From the sequence record OQ689734.1: a DNA stretch of 64,000 nt. One strand, 5' to 3'. The position numbers and the translations under genes were made by a program. The notes beneath the pieces are model-generated. The model did no database searches. It was not told where the DNA came from and saw only the letters and a list, made by a program, of their open reading frames with translations. Below are positions 29,301-38,500 of this stretch, piece by piece (position 1 is the first letter of the stretch; every line of letters starts with the position of its first letter). This stretch comes from Escherichia phage 4E8.

Positions 29301-30769
29301 ACAAGGCTAACAAGAATTCTCAATACGAAGCAGCAGCTAAACACTTGCAAGCACGTCAAGAACGTCTTGAGACGCTCCGTAACAGAGCTAAAGCTCGCAG
29401 TGATGCTAAGGCAGCCATGGAGGCTGAGAAGCAGTCCTTGGAGGCTATAGCGGCTCAGAAATCAGAGATAGAGAAGATGTTCAAAGAATTGCCTGAAAGT
29501 GTCAGAGAGGCTCAGGAAGGGCGTACTTTGAAACAGCTTGCTGCTCACCATGATAAGAACTCTCCAGTACCACCAGAGCGTTTCCGTAGTATCATTGAAC
29601 GTATTCACAACGCTGAGAGTGATTACCTCGATCGCAAACGTCGTTTGACCGAAGCAGAGGAAGATGCTCGTGAAGCTAAGTGGAATAGGATGTATGAACA
29701 GGCTGAGGAAATGAACCGTAAGTTTGATATCGACTCTAGAGTGAAGAGAGATAAGGCTCTGAAGGAAGCTCAAGAACGAGAGAATGACTTAATGGCAGTT
29801 CAACGTCAGCGTGATGACATTCATAAGCGTTTAGTCAATACTCTGGAAGAGAAGGGAGTTTCTAGGGAAGATGCTGAAGCGTATGCTGGGTCTTACATGG
29901 ATAATCGGTATGCTTTGTTAGAGAAACCAATGACTCCAGTGGAACATCAGAATGCTCGTGCTCGTATTGAATCTGACGTAGAGAAGTTTGTTAAGAAATA
30001 CGAAACAGCTACTCCAATCGAAAGAGAGATTGCTAAAGCAACTGGTGATGCAGATGGAAAACCTTCTGACTTAGATGCAGAAACATTAAAAGCTATTGAA
30101 GATGCTCGTAAAGTTGATTCCGATTTTAAGAAACTCTTAGATGAAGAGAAGGAAATGGAGAAGATTCGTTCAGCTCTACCTGAAGATGAAAGATCTCAGG
30201 CGAACTCTGATATTCTGGAAAGTATTAAGAAACAGGAAGATGATTTTGCTAGCAAAGCAGAGAAAGCTTTTATTGAAGGGAAAGATTTGCAGGAGTTAGC
30301 AAGTGTTGCAGAAGTTCTAGATAGGGTTCATGGTGCAGACAAGGCTGGTAACAACCGTCGATTTGTACGTGCTCTACAGACTGCTGCCGAGAACAAGAAA
30401 CGTTATGGGGATAATCCAGTGGCTTGGTTTAGTGCTGATGATTACTCTGCTATTGCGAAACTTGGTGCTGCTTCGGCAGGTGGTAACAAATCTCGAGCAC
30501 TTGAGAAAATCTTTGGTTCTACAGCAGAACAAGCTAAAGGGAAACTTTTAGGGCGGGATGATGTAGCTAAGATTAGACGTGTGATTGAAGCGAATCCCAA
30601 TGTTAAGATTCCTTCTTACAAGACAACTACTCGACAAGAGTACATGCAGTTCTTGGAGAAGTATAATGACGAGGGAGAGTTGAAAGTCAAACGTGGTTCT
30701 CTGTCTGACAAGTTGGAGAGAGGTAAGCGTCAAGCTAAACTCCGTGTTAGAGTTCGAGCTAAGGAGTAA
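26324..30769 (+). CDS. giant internal virion/ejection protein (tape-measure-like)
   Basis: 1481 aa, largely alpha-helical/coiled-coil, internal near-duplicate segment (LTARDLVAQRRALQQAE / LTARELVAQRRAVAEAK); last gene of the plus-strand block. Confidence 0.5.
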   Translation: MANLKSWEEASKAPAYLNASPEQQAQMREQYKAAGGTIPETQPQEQPQQEERGVIGEFAQGVSNALQSGGANIAASAAKGLGGLVEIGENLTGSETSYGKRIQENSKQLLEERLSKIEDGFGKTAGQYAGVAADIGLTVANPAVAAAVIAARETGRAYADQTPKEDEDKSILDAALVGGANYAAQKILPGMTGTASTTLGRVGQSVASNAVAGAKGGAIVGAAEAQNKYGDDTTLANVLEGAIEEGALGAAYGGAIGGVHGLISRPSPQVFDRTPEHVKTDIAAEDEAIRKAANADELREAYAKAENANAASALNLLDENGFRITDAVAMDSPAVQRILNTDQSRAEKAATVQKDSSNVPGLNPLASPKKTQGKAFADNEYNQKQAVAMKDAMADYTKDNTKALTDVLDNLDRELVALRASGDFTGSAIDIKNRTQADRDFIDAYKTFYSEANRFKARDGEDLNNFIDKATQLQKLSENVSPEMKKAIGGLKKLKGMPEGFNPIQDAFTLNNTAKFMSNQDRGWTSLTDDGFREAPAPVLVKNPLGAAKYVLNRFTSDRARAQREKQQSANSEAIRSLARADLEVQRARTQAEEARAKMEEEPTTEDIKFRTQNDAPSEPVREEPSATTVTEEIPSSPAPTETPLTARDLVAQRRALQQAELRRQEAEAAQAQESATPEPEPQQEALTARELVAQRRAVAEAKKRQEAEEAERAKEAPEEAVEEPKEKPEPLPARAPKAPEKAPEPVKPSLGVERLASMSTAARQATKDRADRFARSLYSAAAKAKATAENFLSYKGDPKELMRRIRQEDQANNTQRHEEMARNQLASQQGIASAKSQHVRASFADWVKERGLPSDIATKALRAEEKGLGGNVTSLDSLKRRAERLYQKQRDDEFDRLYREALEENKAFDKRDAPKLVDQKKELQDEIGALLDAEPLRPAQKDAMRRIMEDFVESKFKSSERAGRVEALEVGQMKDVWDGFINTYNREVNMFNKANKNSQYEAAAKHLQARQERLETLRNRAKARSDAKAAMEAEKQSLEAIAAQKSEIEKMFKELPESVREAQEGRTLKQLAAHHDKNSPVPPERFRSIIERIHNAESDYLDRKRRLTEAEEDAREAKWNRMYEQAEEMNRKFDIDSRVKRDKALKEAQERENDLMAVQRQRDDIHKRLVNTLEEKGVSREDAEAYAGSYMDNRYALLEKPMTPVEHQNARARIESDVEKFVKKYETATPIEREIAKATGDADGKPSDLDAETLKAIEDARKVDSDFKKLLDEEKEMEKIRSALPEDERSQANSDILESIKKQEDDFASKAEKAFIEGKDLQELASVAEVLDRVHGADKAGNNRRFVRALQTAAENKKRYGDNPVAWFSADDYSAIAKLGAASAGGNKSRALEKIFGSTAEQAKGKLLGRDDVAKIRRVIEANPNVKIPSYKTTTRQEYMQFLEKYNDEGELKVKRGSLSDKLERGKRQAKLRVRVRAKE

Positions 30770-30775
30770 ACAAGA

Positions 30776-30817
30776 GAAGCCCCCTTCCTGTAAAAAGGAA
30801 GGGGGCTTCTTTATTTC
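30776..30817. terminator. bidirectional terminator between the convergent gene blocks
   Basis: 13-bp perfect inverted repeat gaagcccccttcc...ggaagggggcttc followed by tttattt; flanked by T-rich sequence on the other strand. Confidence 0.6.
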
Positions 30818-30886
30818 TAGATGTTAGAATCCATCAAATTCATCATACATCCCAATTTTCTTCTTCAAAGTCAATCATAAAACCTC

Positions 30887-31246
30887 CTAGATTAAATCGT
30901 AATACTTAATAATATCAGAGAGCTTAAACTCTCTAATGTCATTCTTGTCATTATCCCAAGCGGTCATTATCCAACAAGGTTTGCCCCCATTATGATAACG
31001 GGAAGAAGCAACTGAGGTTCGTATAGGAATAACGGAGCGGTCTGCAATCTCGCCTCTCCAGTTACGATAGCTAAAGCGAAGAGTTTGTTTCGTAGATACT
31101 TGATCATTTGTGCTTTCCTTGTTCATGGATTCAAAGACTTCCTTTTCTTCAGGAGTCTCTAGATTTTTTAAATTCGCGTCTTGCATCGTTTTCTTCCTTA
31201 GTTTTAATCTTATGGCAGGGTTCTTTACACAAGACTTGAAAGCCAT
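30887..31246 (-). CDS. hypothetical protein
   Basis: 119 aa ORF, last gene of the minus-strand block. Confidence 0.4.
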   Translation of the reverse strand: MAFKSCVKNPAIRLKLRKKTMQDANLKNLETPEEKEVFESMNKESTNDQVSTKQTLRFSYRNWRGEIADRSVIPIRTSVASSRYHNGGKPCWIMTAWDNDKNDIREFKLSDIIKYYDLI

Positions 31247-31553
31247 CTACTTCAACCAAAGCTCTTTCGATGATTTCATCCCAAGATGCTTCATGGTCCA
31301 CTGGAACAATGGGATTGATGTGGTCAACAGCTACTTCCTTAAGAGGGTAGTCATTACCACACATGGCACACTTATAGTGCATTGCCAGCTTACCAGTCTT
31401 AGGGTTGATCTTGCGTTCTGTCTGAGCTTCTTTAAGAGAGTCAAACATAGGCTTCCACTTTCTAGTCAGAGAACGAATCCCTGACTTGATGAAGGAATTG
31501 TAACGTGCTTCAGTCCATGTCCCAGAGCACCTAGTCTTCTCAGCCTTCGCCAT
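31149..31553 (-). CDS. HNH endonuclease (free-standing, homing-endonuclease-like); start set to internal Met (MAKAEK)
   Basis: C-terminal CAMCGNDYPLKEVAVDHINPIVPVDH...LCKEPCH: Cys pairs plus the DH...N...H core; the N-terminal 56 aa of the track ORF look non-coding. Confidence 0.6.
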   Translation of the reverse strand: MAKAEKTRCSGTWTEARYNSFIKSGIRSLTRKWKPMFDSLKEAQTERKINPKTGKLAMHYKCAMCGNDYPLKEVAVDHINPIVPVDHEASWDEIIERALVEVDGFQVLCKEPCHKIKTKEENDARREFKKSRDS

Positions 31554-31731
31554 AACCAACATCCATATCAGCATCTTCCCAAATACGTTTGTTAATACGA
31601 TGTGATTCTTTTTCAGCACGAGGGATACGTCCAGTACGACGATCAAATGCTTGATGTTTAATCTTCTGGTCTTTGCGAGACTCACGATTAGAGGAATTTT
31701 CATCATACGAACGATAATCAAACTTACCCAT
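31540..31731 (-). CDS. small basic hypothetical protein
   Basis: 63 aa charged ORF with protein-like composition. Confidence 0.3.
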   Translation of the reverse strand: MGKFDYRSYDENSSNRESRKDQKIKHQAFDRRTGRIPRAEKESHRINKRIWEDADMDVGYGEG

Positions 31732-32261
31732 TATTCAGTTCCTTCTGTTTTTAAGTAATCACGATCCATATAGTAGGTTTTAACGGAATCTTGAGATGGT
31801 GTTGGGTCAAAAACTACCAACATACTCCCTTTTGTGTTTCCGTTAACAGGGACTCTAGTATCAGCTCTTACAAAACTAATACGTCCTCCTGTTATAAACA
31901 TTATACTATTAGCATTTATCCTACACTTATCAAACCATCGAACTGAAGTATCCGCTGGAATAAGTAGAACTGTTCCAACATTGTGGTCCTGTTGATTTCT
32001 AATTGCCAAGTCAACCCACGGTCCAATATCTGAATATGGTGGATTACACCAAACATAACTACCTCTAAACACTTCAAAGTCATAAGTCAGAGCATTATCT
32101 TCCTCTGATATGAAAGTGCTAACTAGGTGATTGTCTTGACTTGCTGCAATATCACATACGAAGTGTTTATTCTTATTAACATAATTAAACAACCACTGAG
32201 GTGTTTGCCACAAATCTCTTATATCTACCGGAGTGTGTGAGCTTCTATAATCTGTTACCAT
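31731..32261 (-). CDS. DNA N6-adenine methyltransferase (phage Dam-like)
   Basis: 176 aa; WCNPPYS catalytic motif (NPPY) typical of N6-adenine methyltransferases. Confidence 0.65.
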   Translation of the reverse strand: MVTDYRSSHTPVDIRDLWQTPQWLFNYVNKNKHFVCDIAASQDNHLVSTFISEEDNALTYDFEVFRGSYVWCNPPYSDIGPWVDLAIRNQQDHNVGTVLLIPADTSVRWFDKCRINANSIMFITGGRISFVRADTRVPVNGNTKGSMLVVFDPTPSQDSVKTYYMDRDYLKTEGTE

Positions 32262-33100
32262 GTTTTATCCAACCAAGTCCATTCGAATAAGTCACCTTCA
32301 GCTTGTCCAACGAATAGCAATCGAGCATTTTCTAACATCTTAGCTTCTGCTTCTTCCTCGAACCTCTTATAGTATTCCATTCGTATAATATGATAAAGAG
32401 TCCACTTATCGAATACCTTCTCAATAAGTTTGATAGCAGCTTTGCTACCAATACCCTTACGACGCATAACTAAATTACCGCCCCACATCATTTCAACTTT
32501 CTCACCACACCCGGGGATGTTATCTGTACTATCCCCAATCAACATCTGATAGAAGAAGTTCTGCCATGCTACTTCCTCTGATACATAATGAGGGGGTACT
32601 TCTTTCTGTCGTTCACCACAAGCCCAGCGATAATGCCATCCGGGAGTGATTAACAAATCCTTATCACGAGTACAGATGATTGTGTTCTTTTCTATACGCT
32701 GTCGTTCAGCGAGTGCATCATCTGCTTCTCTGCCAAACACTTCAACATACTGGTAATGTTCTTTGATATAATCACTAACGTTCTGCCAGTGATGAGGTCT
32801 TTCTCCCGGTGGTCGATTAGCTTTATAACCTTGCTGCTTAGCAATATCAAACCGAAAATTACCACCTTCGCTGAAATAGAAGACAGTTTTCTCACAACCT
32901 GACCTTGCAATGATTACGTCAATTTTGTGTTGAAGGCGTTCGATCAAGAATCCATAATCAACTGGAACACGACCTGTGTCTAGGAAAGGATGCTCTTGTG
33001 TAAGAGCACCAACCTCATACCGTAGAACATCTGCATCCACAATTGCTACTTCAGGATAGATTACATCAGACATAGAGATCTCTCCGTGTCCTTTCAACAA
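32255..33100 (-). CDS. 5'-3' exonuclease / flap endonuclease
   Basis: 281 aa; acidic metal-binding clusters (DADVLRYEVG, EADD) and a helix-hairpin-helix-like GDSTDNIPGCGEKV...GIGSKAA segment. Confidence 0.7.
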   Translation of the reverse strand: MLKGHGEISMSDVIYPEVAIVDADVLRYEVGALTQEHPFLDTGRVPVDYGFLIERLQHKIDVIIARSGCEKTVFYFSEGGNFRFDIAKQQGYKANRPPGERPHHWQNVSDYIKEHYQYVEVFGREADDALAERQRIEKNTIICTRDKDLLITPGWHYRWACGERQKEVPPHYVSEEVAWQNFFYQMLIGDSTDNIPGCGEKVEMMWGGNLVMRRKGIGSKAAIKLIEKVFDKWTLYHIIRMEYYKRFEEEAEAKMLENARLLFVGQAEGDLFEWTWLDKTW

Positions 33101-33662
33101 TCCAATTTAAATAATCTACTGCATCTTCTACGGTAGAGTCGTTTACTAAATAGTATGTGTTTCTCTGACTGCCTTCGATGTAAGAACGAGAGTCTCCTTC
33201 AAATGAGCAGTCATCACGAAGAATCTGAACTACCTGAACATGGAAATGCTCTTCCAGTTCTGAAACCTCTGCTTTGAATCCACCGTCAGAGAAGACGATA
33301 ACATCTTTCTGCCCTAACAACTGTTGCTTGATACTACTAACAGCCAACTTACCCATACAGGTATCACCAAACATTGGCTTCAAGTAGCTCTCACTAGTTG
33401 CAATCATCAAATCTCGAACTGACTTACCGCCCCACTCAGGACGGCTTCGTTCTTTCCATTCTCGGTCGTTGTACAGCTCCATGAACCCATAAAGAGGGAG
33501 ACCTAATGCAGCAGCAGCCACTCGATACATAGGCTCCTTAAAAGCCTTTACATGCGGTCTAAACTCATCATTACCAGTGGTCTTCTCTAACCAAGCATTA
33601 GCGATTGTATCTTTACCACAACCCGGAGGTCCATTCAGAATTACTACTAATGGTTTACTCAT
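33066..33662 (-). CDS. P-loop nucleotide kinase (dNMP kinase-like)
   Basis: 198 aa; Walker A VILNGPPGCGKDT at the N-terminus. Confidence 0.55.
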   Translation of the reverse strand: MSKPLVVILNGPPGCGKDTIANAWLEKTTGNDEFRPHVKAFKEPMYRVAAAALGLPLYGFMELYNDREWKERSRPEWGGKSVRDLMIATSESYLKPMFGDTCMGKLAVSSIKQQLLGQKDVIVFSDGGFKAEVSELEEHFHVQVVQILRDDCSFEGDSRSYIEGSQRNTYYLVNDSTVEDAVDYLNWIVERTRRDLYV

Positions 33663-34312
33663 TATTGAATCATCCCTTGAAGATCTTCTTTATCAAAGTG
33701 CTTCTCTACTACAGCTTCATACAGATCACGATTCTCTGCATAACGGCGATAGAAGGTTCCGTGTGAAATTCCCAGCTCCTGCTGGATGTGATCATGTGGG
33801 ATACCGAGAAAGAGCATTGAGAACATGCTTGCCATCTTACGGTTTTCCATAATATCACTCAAGTCTTGGAAGAAGAAAAAGATTCTAGATTCCAAGAACG
33901 GGTCTCCAGTAGAATCATGCTTATCCATCGCAATCTCTAAAGGACTTTCCCATGAATTCATCTCAGGAGGTCTAAACATATCAGCCTCTGGAATAGAGTA
34001 GATACGTCGGTCTCCAACTGTCTGACGATTAGAACGAATCGACCAGATGATATTCTTGACACGATAAGTCATGTGCTCAATATCTTTTTCATCAGTGAGC
34101 AGAAGTTCTTCTTGCTTTGCAAATACAAAACGCCAAGCGTTCAGTAACACTTCCTGAGCAACATCCTCTGCCTCGTGATAATCTTTAATGTCATACATAA
34201 AATACTTATGCACAACTTTCCAGTTCTCTCGATAAAATTCATCGAAGGTTGGATAATACTTAATAGGAATGCCATGAATACGATAGCGTGTAGGTGTTGT
34301 CTTTTTCTTCAT
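33662..34312 (-). CDS. putative phage sigma factor (ECF-like sigma-70 family)
   Basis: 216 aa; region-2-like [19 protein letters not shown] and C-terminal HTH-like [16 protein letters not shown]; no phage RNAP gene in the window. Confidence 0.5.
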   Translation of the reverse strand: MKKKTTPTRYRIHGIPIKYYPTFDEFYRENWKVVHKYFMYDIKDYHEAEDVAQEVLLNAWRFVFAKQEELLLTDEKDIEHMTYRVKNIIWSIRSNRQTVGDRRIYSIPEADMFRPPEMNSWESPLEIAMDKHDSTGDPFLESRIFFFFQDLSDIMENRKMASMFSMLFLGIPHDHIQQELGISHGTFYRRYAENRDLYEAVVEKHFDKEDLQGMIQ

Positions 34313-34336
34313 AAGTCATCCTTAACTTACTTTACA

Positions 34337-34561
34337 TTAAACTACACAGAACAAATACATTGCTGTGTCAGGACAAGGGATGTGATCACTAGGTTGCCTA
34401 ATTCTATCCCATTCATCATCTTCTGCTATATAATAAGCCCAATAAGACTCACCATCGTTGATGAAGAATTTGAATGTTCGTCCCCAAATCTGATTATTAT
34501 GTTCCCATACTGCATGAAACTGAGTAACACCTTCTGGTATTGTAAGTTCCGCTCTGATCAT
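34337..34561 (-). CDS. hypothetical small protein
   Basis: 74 aa ORF. Confidence 0.3.
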   Translation of the reverse strand: MIRAELTIPEGVTQFHAVWEHNNQIWGRTFKFFINDGESYWAYYIAEDDEWDRIRQPSDHIPCPDTAMYLFCVV

Positions 34562-34818
34562 TGTATCCCTCTCTCCTTGAGAGCTTTAAGCAAACCATTG
34601 TGGTTAGCGGCACAGGTTGTATAATTATCCTGATACCACTCAAGTGTTGTTGCAAATGCCACTCCCTGTGCACTCTGAAGTAAAGGGAGGTCTACATCAC
34701 ACTCAGCTTTTAGGTTTGTTGGTAAGGGCACTAGCTGCCTGCTGTTGTCGCTCATTGAACAAGCTGACATACTCATCGCTAGCACACACATTGTAAAAAA
34801 CTGGCTTAGTCTTTTCAT
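34558..34818 (-). CDS. outer-membrane spanin lipoprotein (Rz1-like o-spanin)
   Basis: 86 aa; signal peptide with lipobox MSAC; gene overlaps the 3' part of the upstream i-spanin-like gene in another frame. Confidence 0.55.
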   Translation of the reverse strand: MKRLSQFFTMCVLAMSMSACSMSDNSRQLVPLPTNLKAECDVDLPLLQSAQGVAFATTLEWYQDNYTTCAANHNGLLKALKERGIQ

Positions 34819-35050
34819 AATGCATCTCTTTGTAAACAGTTTCCGTGTTCTTCTTCCAGTTTGATAAACCAGTTAGAACTTTCTGAGCCACTTCATCAGC
34901 AGCCTTAGCTCTCTCAATCTCAATCTCTTGCTGTTTCTTCTCTTGGTCAAGAGCATTGCTGTCATTTCGATATTGCTCAAACTTGACACCACCAAAGAAA
35001 ACCAGAGCTGTGAAGATTAAAAAACCTATATTGTTTTGAAGCTTTTCCAT
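34703..35050 (-). CDS. inner-membrane spanin (Rz-like i-spanin); start set to MEKLQNN with GGAG SD
   Basis: N-terminal TM segment IGFLIFTALVFFGGV followed by a charged coiled coil; the o-spanin gene is embedded at its 3' end. Confidence 0.5.
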   Translation of the reverse strand: MEKLQNNIGFLIFTALVFFGGVKFEQYRNDSNALDQEKKQQEIEIERAKAADEVAQKVLTGLSNWKKNTETVYKEMHYEKTKPVFYNVCASDEYVSLFNERQQQAASALTNKPKS

Positions 35051-35061
35051 TTTAACTCCAA

Positions 35062-35086
35062 CGAAAAAAGCCACCCGAAGGTGGCT
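35062..35086 (-). terminator. minus-strand terminator (agccacc UUCG ggtggc + U-run)
   Basis: inverted repeat gccacc cgaa ggtggc preceded on the plus strand by AAAAAA; downstream of the 35109..35849 gene. Confidence 0.5.
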
Positions 35087-35108
35087 AAGCTATTACAAGG
35101 AGAGATTC

Positions 35109-35849
35109 TTAGAATGGGCTATCATCTTCTTCAAAGGTTGATTGCGGCTCTTCATTAATGGTAGGGATGCTTGGAGTAGCATCTTTCTGTTCAGTATCAG
35201 AAGCTTTAGTAACTTCACGACCAGCCAGAGGGATATTCTTAGCATCGTTAGCTTGAGTCAAGAGGTTACGTTGGAATGGGAAGATTGCTTGATAAGCAGC
35301 TAAGTTAGCATCAGTCTCAGCATACGGTTCGAAGAAGATCAACTCACTACGAGGAGCACCTACCGCGTCACGATATTTAGTCGGGATTGGAGTGATGCTT
35401 TTAATGGAGTTTTTCTTCTCACCAGCTTTATTGGTGTAAGAGTTAACCAGAATGTTAACAGGCTGACCTAACAGCATATCTTTAAACCAACCCAAATCAC
35501 CTTTCAGTGCTTGAACACTTGGGTCGATCATTTTAATCAGATTTAGAATACCAGAGTTCTTAGCTCGTGGGTTTACATCGAAAGATTTAAACTGGCAAGC
35601 AGGACGAGGGTCCAGAGATTTGCCTTCATTATCAGTCCCTGTTGCATCTACGCCAATCAGCTCAAAAGCTAAGTCCATACGGAAAGCTGGGTTCTTAGGG
35701 GTAACTGCTTTGGTCTTAGGGTCAATCCAAGGGTCACGATTGTGAACACCTAAACCTACAACACGAACAATACGTGCTTCGTACTCACCATCAGGGATTA
35801 CATCGTAGTTGGATTTACGGGATACAGACAGTTCAGGGATCATAGACAT
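35109..35849 (-). CDS. putative single-stranded DNA-binding protein
   Basis: 246 aa; acidic C-terminal tail ending ...FEEDDSPF, like the acidic C-terminal Phe tails of bacterial and T7-type SSBs; sits in the replication region. Confidence 0.45.
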   Translation of the reverse strand: MSMIPELSVSRKSNYDVIPDGEYEARIVRVVGLGVHNRDPWIDPKTKAVTPKNPAFRMDLAFELIGVDATGTDNEGKSLDPRPACQFKSFDVNPRAKNSGILNLIKMIDPSVQALKGDLGWFKDMLLGQPVNILVNSYTNKAGEKKNSIKSITPIPTKYRDAVGAPRSELIFFEPYAETDANLAAYQAIFPFQRNLLTQANDAKNIPLAGREVTKASDTEQKDATPSIPTINEEPQSTFEEDDSPF

Positions 35850-36394
35850 ATTAATATTTCCTTATATAAATTTAAGATTGTTGCTCTCTTTGAGCGGTTT
35901 GTATACTATATACATTACACTTATACAGATAAGGTTCTATTATACTATAACCTTTTTGGTAGTAGATAATAACAAATAGTAATGTATATATGGTATAGCT
36001 AGTAAAGCTATTGCAGGCTTGTATATTGGGCAATTCATAGAATCCCTTGCAAGTACCGAAGGGCAGGAGCCACCTGCGAGATAAAAATAGAGAATTAAGG
36101 AATCCTTGATTTAGGTTGTAGGGACTCCTAGGGACTTTGATTCTCTATTTAAAAGAATATTAATTACTTACTACCTAAATAATTAACTAACTTACTTAAA
36201 CCAAATTCAAGAATAATAGATAAAAAGATTATTCCTAAGAAAGCTAAAAAGTAAAGGATATAAGTTACCATTCAAGTAAACCTTTAAAGTTAGTTTGTTC
36301 TACTATCCTCTGATAACGAAGATTAGAATCAGCTTGTTTCTTTAACATCTCATTATATTTATCTCTGATAGAGTCTTTATAAACTACAGGTTCT

Positions 36395-36898
36395 TTAAAT
36401 AACGAGATCTTGTTCTTTTCTTCTTTCATCGAAAACCTTCCTAATCTCTTGCAGAGAAACAGCTTTATAATTAATTTGCTCCATTGATGTACAGAAATAT
36501 CTCCAATCATCAATTACATGATTATGGGTATGAGCATAAATATTAAACTTCCCTCTCATTTCATCAGTGTGAATAGGAATATGAGTTACCCAAAACTCTT
36601 TGTACTTATAATCACCACTGATGTGTCTAAAGACTTTCATCATATCAGGGAGAAGTTCTAATCTGTCATGATTTCCTAAGACAAGATGTTTCTCTCCTTT
36701 TACTTCAGCGATAATATCAAGTGCATATTTCTCAAACACCCAATCACCTGTAAAGAAAGTTTTATCACGTTTAGTAACATGATCAAACGCTGCTAAGATA
36801 GCTTTGTCGTGTTCTTCAATACTACTAAACTTCTTCCTAAAGTTACAGATGTTACGATGGCCTAGGTGACCATCACCTGCAAAATAAACTTCAGCCAT
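36395..36898 (-). CDS. calcineurin-like metallophosphoesterase
   Basis: motifs FAGDGHLGH, FFTGDWV, LGNHDR, AHTHNH match the metallophosphatase signature (GDxHG ... GDxxDRG ... GNH[DE]). Confidence 0.6.
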   Translation of the reverse strand: MAEVYFAGDGHLGHRNICNFRKKFSSIEEHDKAILAAFDHVTKRDKTFFTGDWVFEKYALDIIAEVKGEKHLVLGNHDRLELLPDMMKVFRHISGDYKYKEFWVTHIPIHTDEMRGKFNIYAHTHNHVIDDWRYFCTSMEQINYKAVSLQEIRKVFDERRKEQDLVI

Positions 36899-37041
36899 TC
36901 TCGTATGTATCCTCATAATATGAGTAGTTGAAGGATTCAGCTTTCGTTTCAGCCTCCTCCATGTCGTCTGTTTCCAGAATCACTTTCCAGCCAGAACCAT
37001 CAGGATACTCAGCTCCTTCGTCTAGCCAGACTTTATATCGT

Positions 37042-37245
37042 TTAGATAGTGCAACCATCGCAGATGTAATCTCCGCTTAGAGACTCTTGCAAGAGCCGGG
37101 ATTGTTCATCTGATACTAACTTGTCAACCTCTTCTTTCAGAGCCATAAGGTCAACAAAGGTTAGTAGCTCGTGTCGGTCAGCAATCACTTGGTATTTGTA
37201 GTCATTAATATGTGGTGCGCTTTGTACGACGTAAATATTAGACAT
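37042..37245 (-). CDS. hypothetical small protein
   Basis: 67 aa ORF in an operon-like tight array. Confidence 0.3.
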   Translation of the reverse strand: MSNIYVVQSAPHINDYKYQVIADRHELLTFVDLMALKEEVDKLVSDEQSRLLQESLSGDYICDGCTI

Positions 37246-37469
37246 TATAAGATCTCCCTTTGTTTAGCGTTAATGACTGACATTGCTGTGATTGGGTTGT
37301 TTGTTCCAAGATACTCTAGAACAGGTGGACTACTAACTGGTTTACCAGCCTCCACGTAATTCTTAACCTTTCCACCAAGAACTGCTAGAGAAGCCTGAGC
37401 TTCTGCTTCATCAGTATGAACTCGGTCAACTACTTTCTTTCCAATCTTATAAGTGTGAACCCAAATCAT
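37245..37469 (-). CDS. hypothetical small protein
   Basis: 74 aa ORF, start/stop overlaps with neighbours. Confidence 0.3.
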   Translation of the reverse strand: MIWVHTYKIGKKVVDRVHTDEAEAQASLAVLGGKVKNYVEAGKPVSSPPVLEYLGTNNPITAMSVINAKQREIL

Positions 37470-37702
37470 TTAACTTCCTCAATATCAACTAATTCAAAAC
37501 TCCCTATTTCTTCACGCTGGATAATCTCTTTAACCTTCTCAACAGCTTTAATAGGGTTCTCTTCTTCTACAACTTTACACCCCGATACGACGAGACTTCC
37601 TTGCCCACGGAGAAGCATTCTTAACTTATAAATCACTTTGTAATATTTCACCTTGATAAAACCCTTCCCCATTCCTTGATGTAACAGCGACCATCGACCC
37701 AC
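37466..37702 (-). CDS. hypothetical small protein
   Basis: 78 aa ORF, 4-nt overlap with the downstream gene. Confidence 0.3.
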   Translation of the reverse strand: MGRWSLLHQGMGKGFIKVKYYKVIYKLRMLLRGQGSLVVSGCKVVEEENPIKAVEKVKEIIQREEIGSFELVDIEEVK

Positions 37703-37823
37703 TTGGTCTCTGATTTAAACTCTTGAGAGATTCTTGTTTCACAGTCTTCTTTGCTAGCATCCCCAAGAGCATCCATCACCCAAAGAAACAGAGCAATTAC
37801 AATAGACCAGATTAGAAACTTCT

Positions 37824-38216
37824 TCATCGTATCACCAGAGGCTCTTCAGAGTACACAGGAGAGGCTATTTCTACCGGAGGTGCTGCTCTAAGGTCATTAA
37901 GCCTTACGCCCTTCAGCATACCATCTAGGTGGTCCATTTTAGGGATACCTACAGGGAAGTCATCAATCCAAACATCCACAAAGAAACCCAAGCTCTGAGT
38001 GACGGAATCCTTCTGAACACCATTGCAAAAGATAACAGGAATATCTAGACTTGCTGCATCTGCTAGAAGCTCCTCATTTGAATACCCATTAGGTTGAGCA
38101 AAACGATAGGTGACAATACGAACATCATGTCCACGAGATTTCATAAGACCTACAATGTGGGTCCACATCTCTTTGTCCACTGTAAAAGTATCATCATAAT
38201 CTAAACCAATATTCAT
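37824..38216 (-). CDS. putative HAD-superfamily phosphatase-like protein
   Basis: N-terminal GLDYDDT (DxDxT-type motif); 130 aa; aagagg SD. Confidence 0.4.
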   Translation of the reverse strand: MNIGLDYDDTFTVDKEMWTHIVGLMKSRGHDVRIVTYRFAQPNGYSNEELLADAASLDIPVIFCNGVQKDSVTQSLGFFVDVWIDDFPVGIPKMDHLDGMLKGVRLNDLRAAPPVEIASPVYSEEPLVIR

Positions 38217-38232
38217 ATTAGCCTCTTAGACA

Positions 38233-38256
38233 AGAAAAGCCACCCGAAGGTAGCTT
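38233..38256 (-). terminator. minus-strand terminator-like hairpin (agctacc UUCG ggtggct + U-run)
   Basis: same hairpin family as 35062..35086, with one wobble pair. Confidence 0.4.
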
Positions 38257-38500
38257 ATTTATCCTGTGTTTCCAGTTCGCTGATACGAACTTTCAAACCA
38301 TTAATCTCAGCCTGAGCAGCTTCTAGTTTAATTAGAGCTTCTTCAGCGTCAGCTTCTGTTTGAAGAACCGCAGTGGTTAGTTCGTATAAAGCTTGGCGGA
38401 GAGAATCTTTGCCCATAGCATGAATCTGTGCAACAAAGAATTGCTTACCTTCCGTGGTTTCCAAAGTCTCTTTTAATTCTTTAGATGTTAAAGTCATCAT
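38255..38500 (-). CDS. hypothetical coiled-coil protein
   Basis: 81 aa ORF. Confidence 0.35.
   Translation of the reverse strand: MMTLTSKELKETLETTEGKQFFVAQIHAMGKDSLRQALYELTTAVLQTEADAEEALIKLEAAQAEINGLKVRISELETQDK

Noticed and set aside
31554-31721. N-terminal 56 codons of ORF 31149..31721
   Set aside because: Hydrophobic low-information translation overlapping a better ORF in another frame; the HNH gene more plausibly starts at the internal Met (31553)
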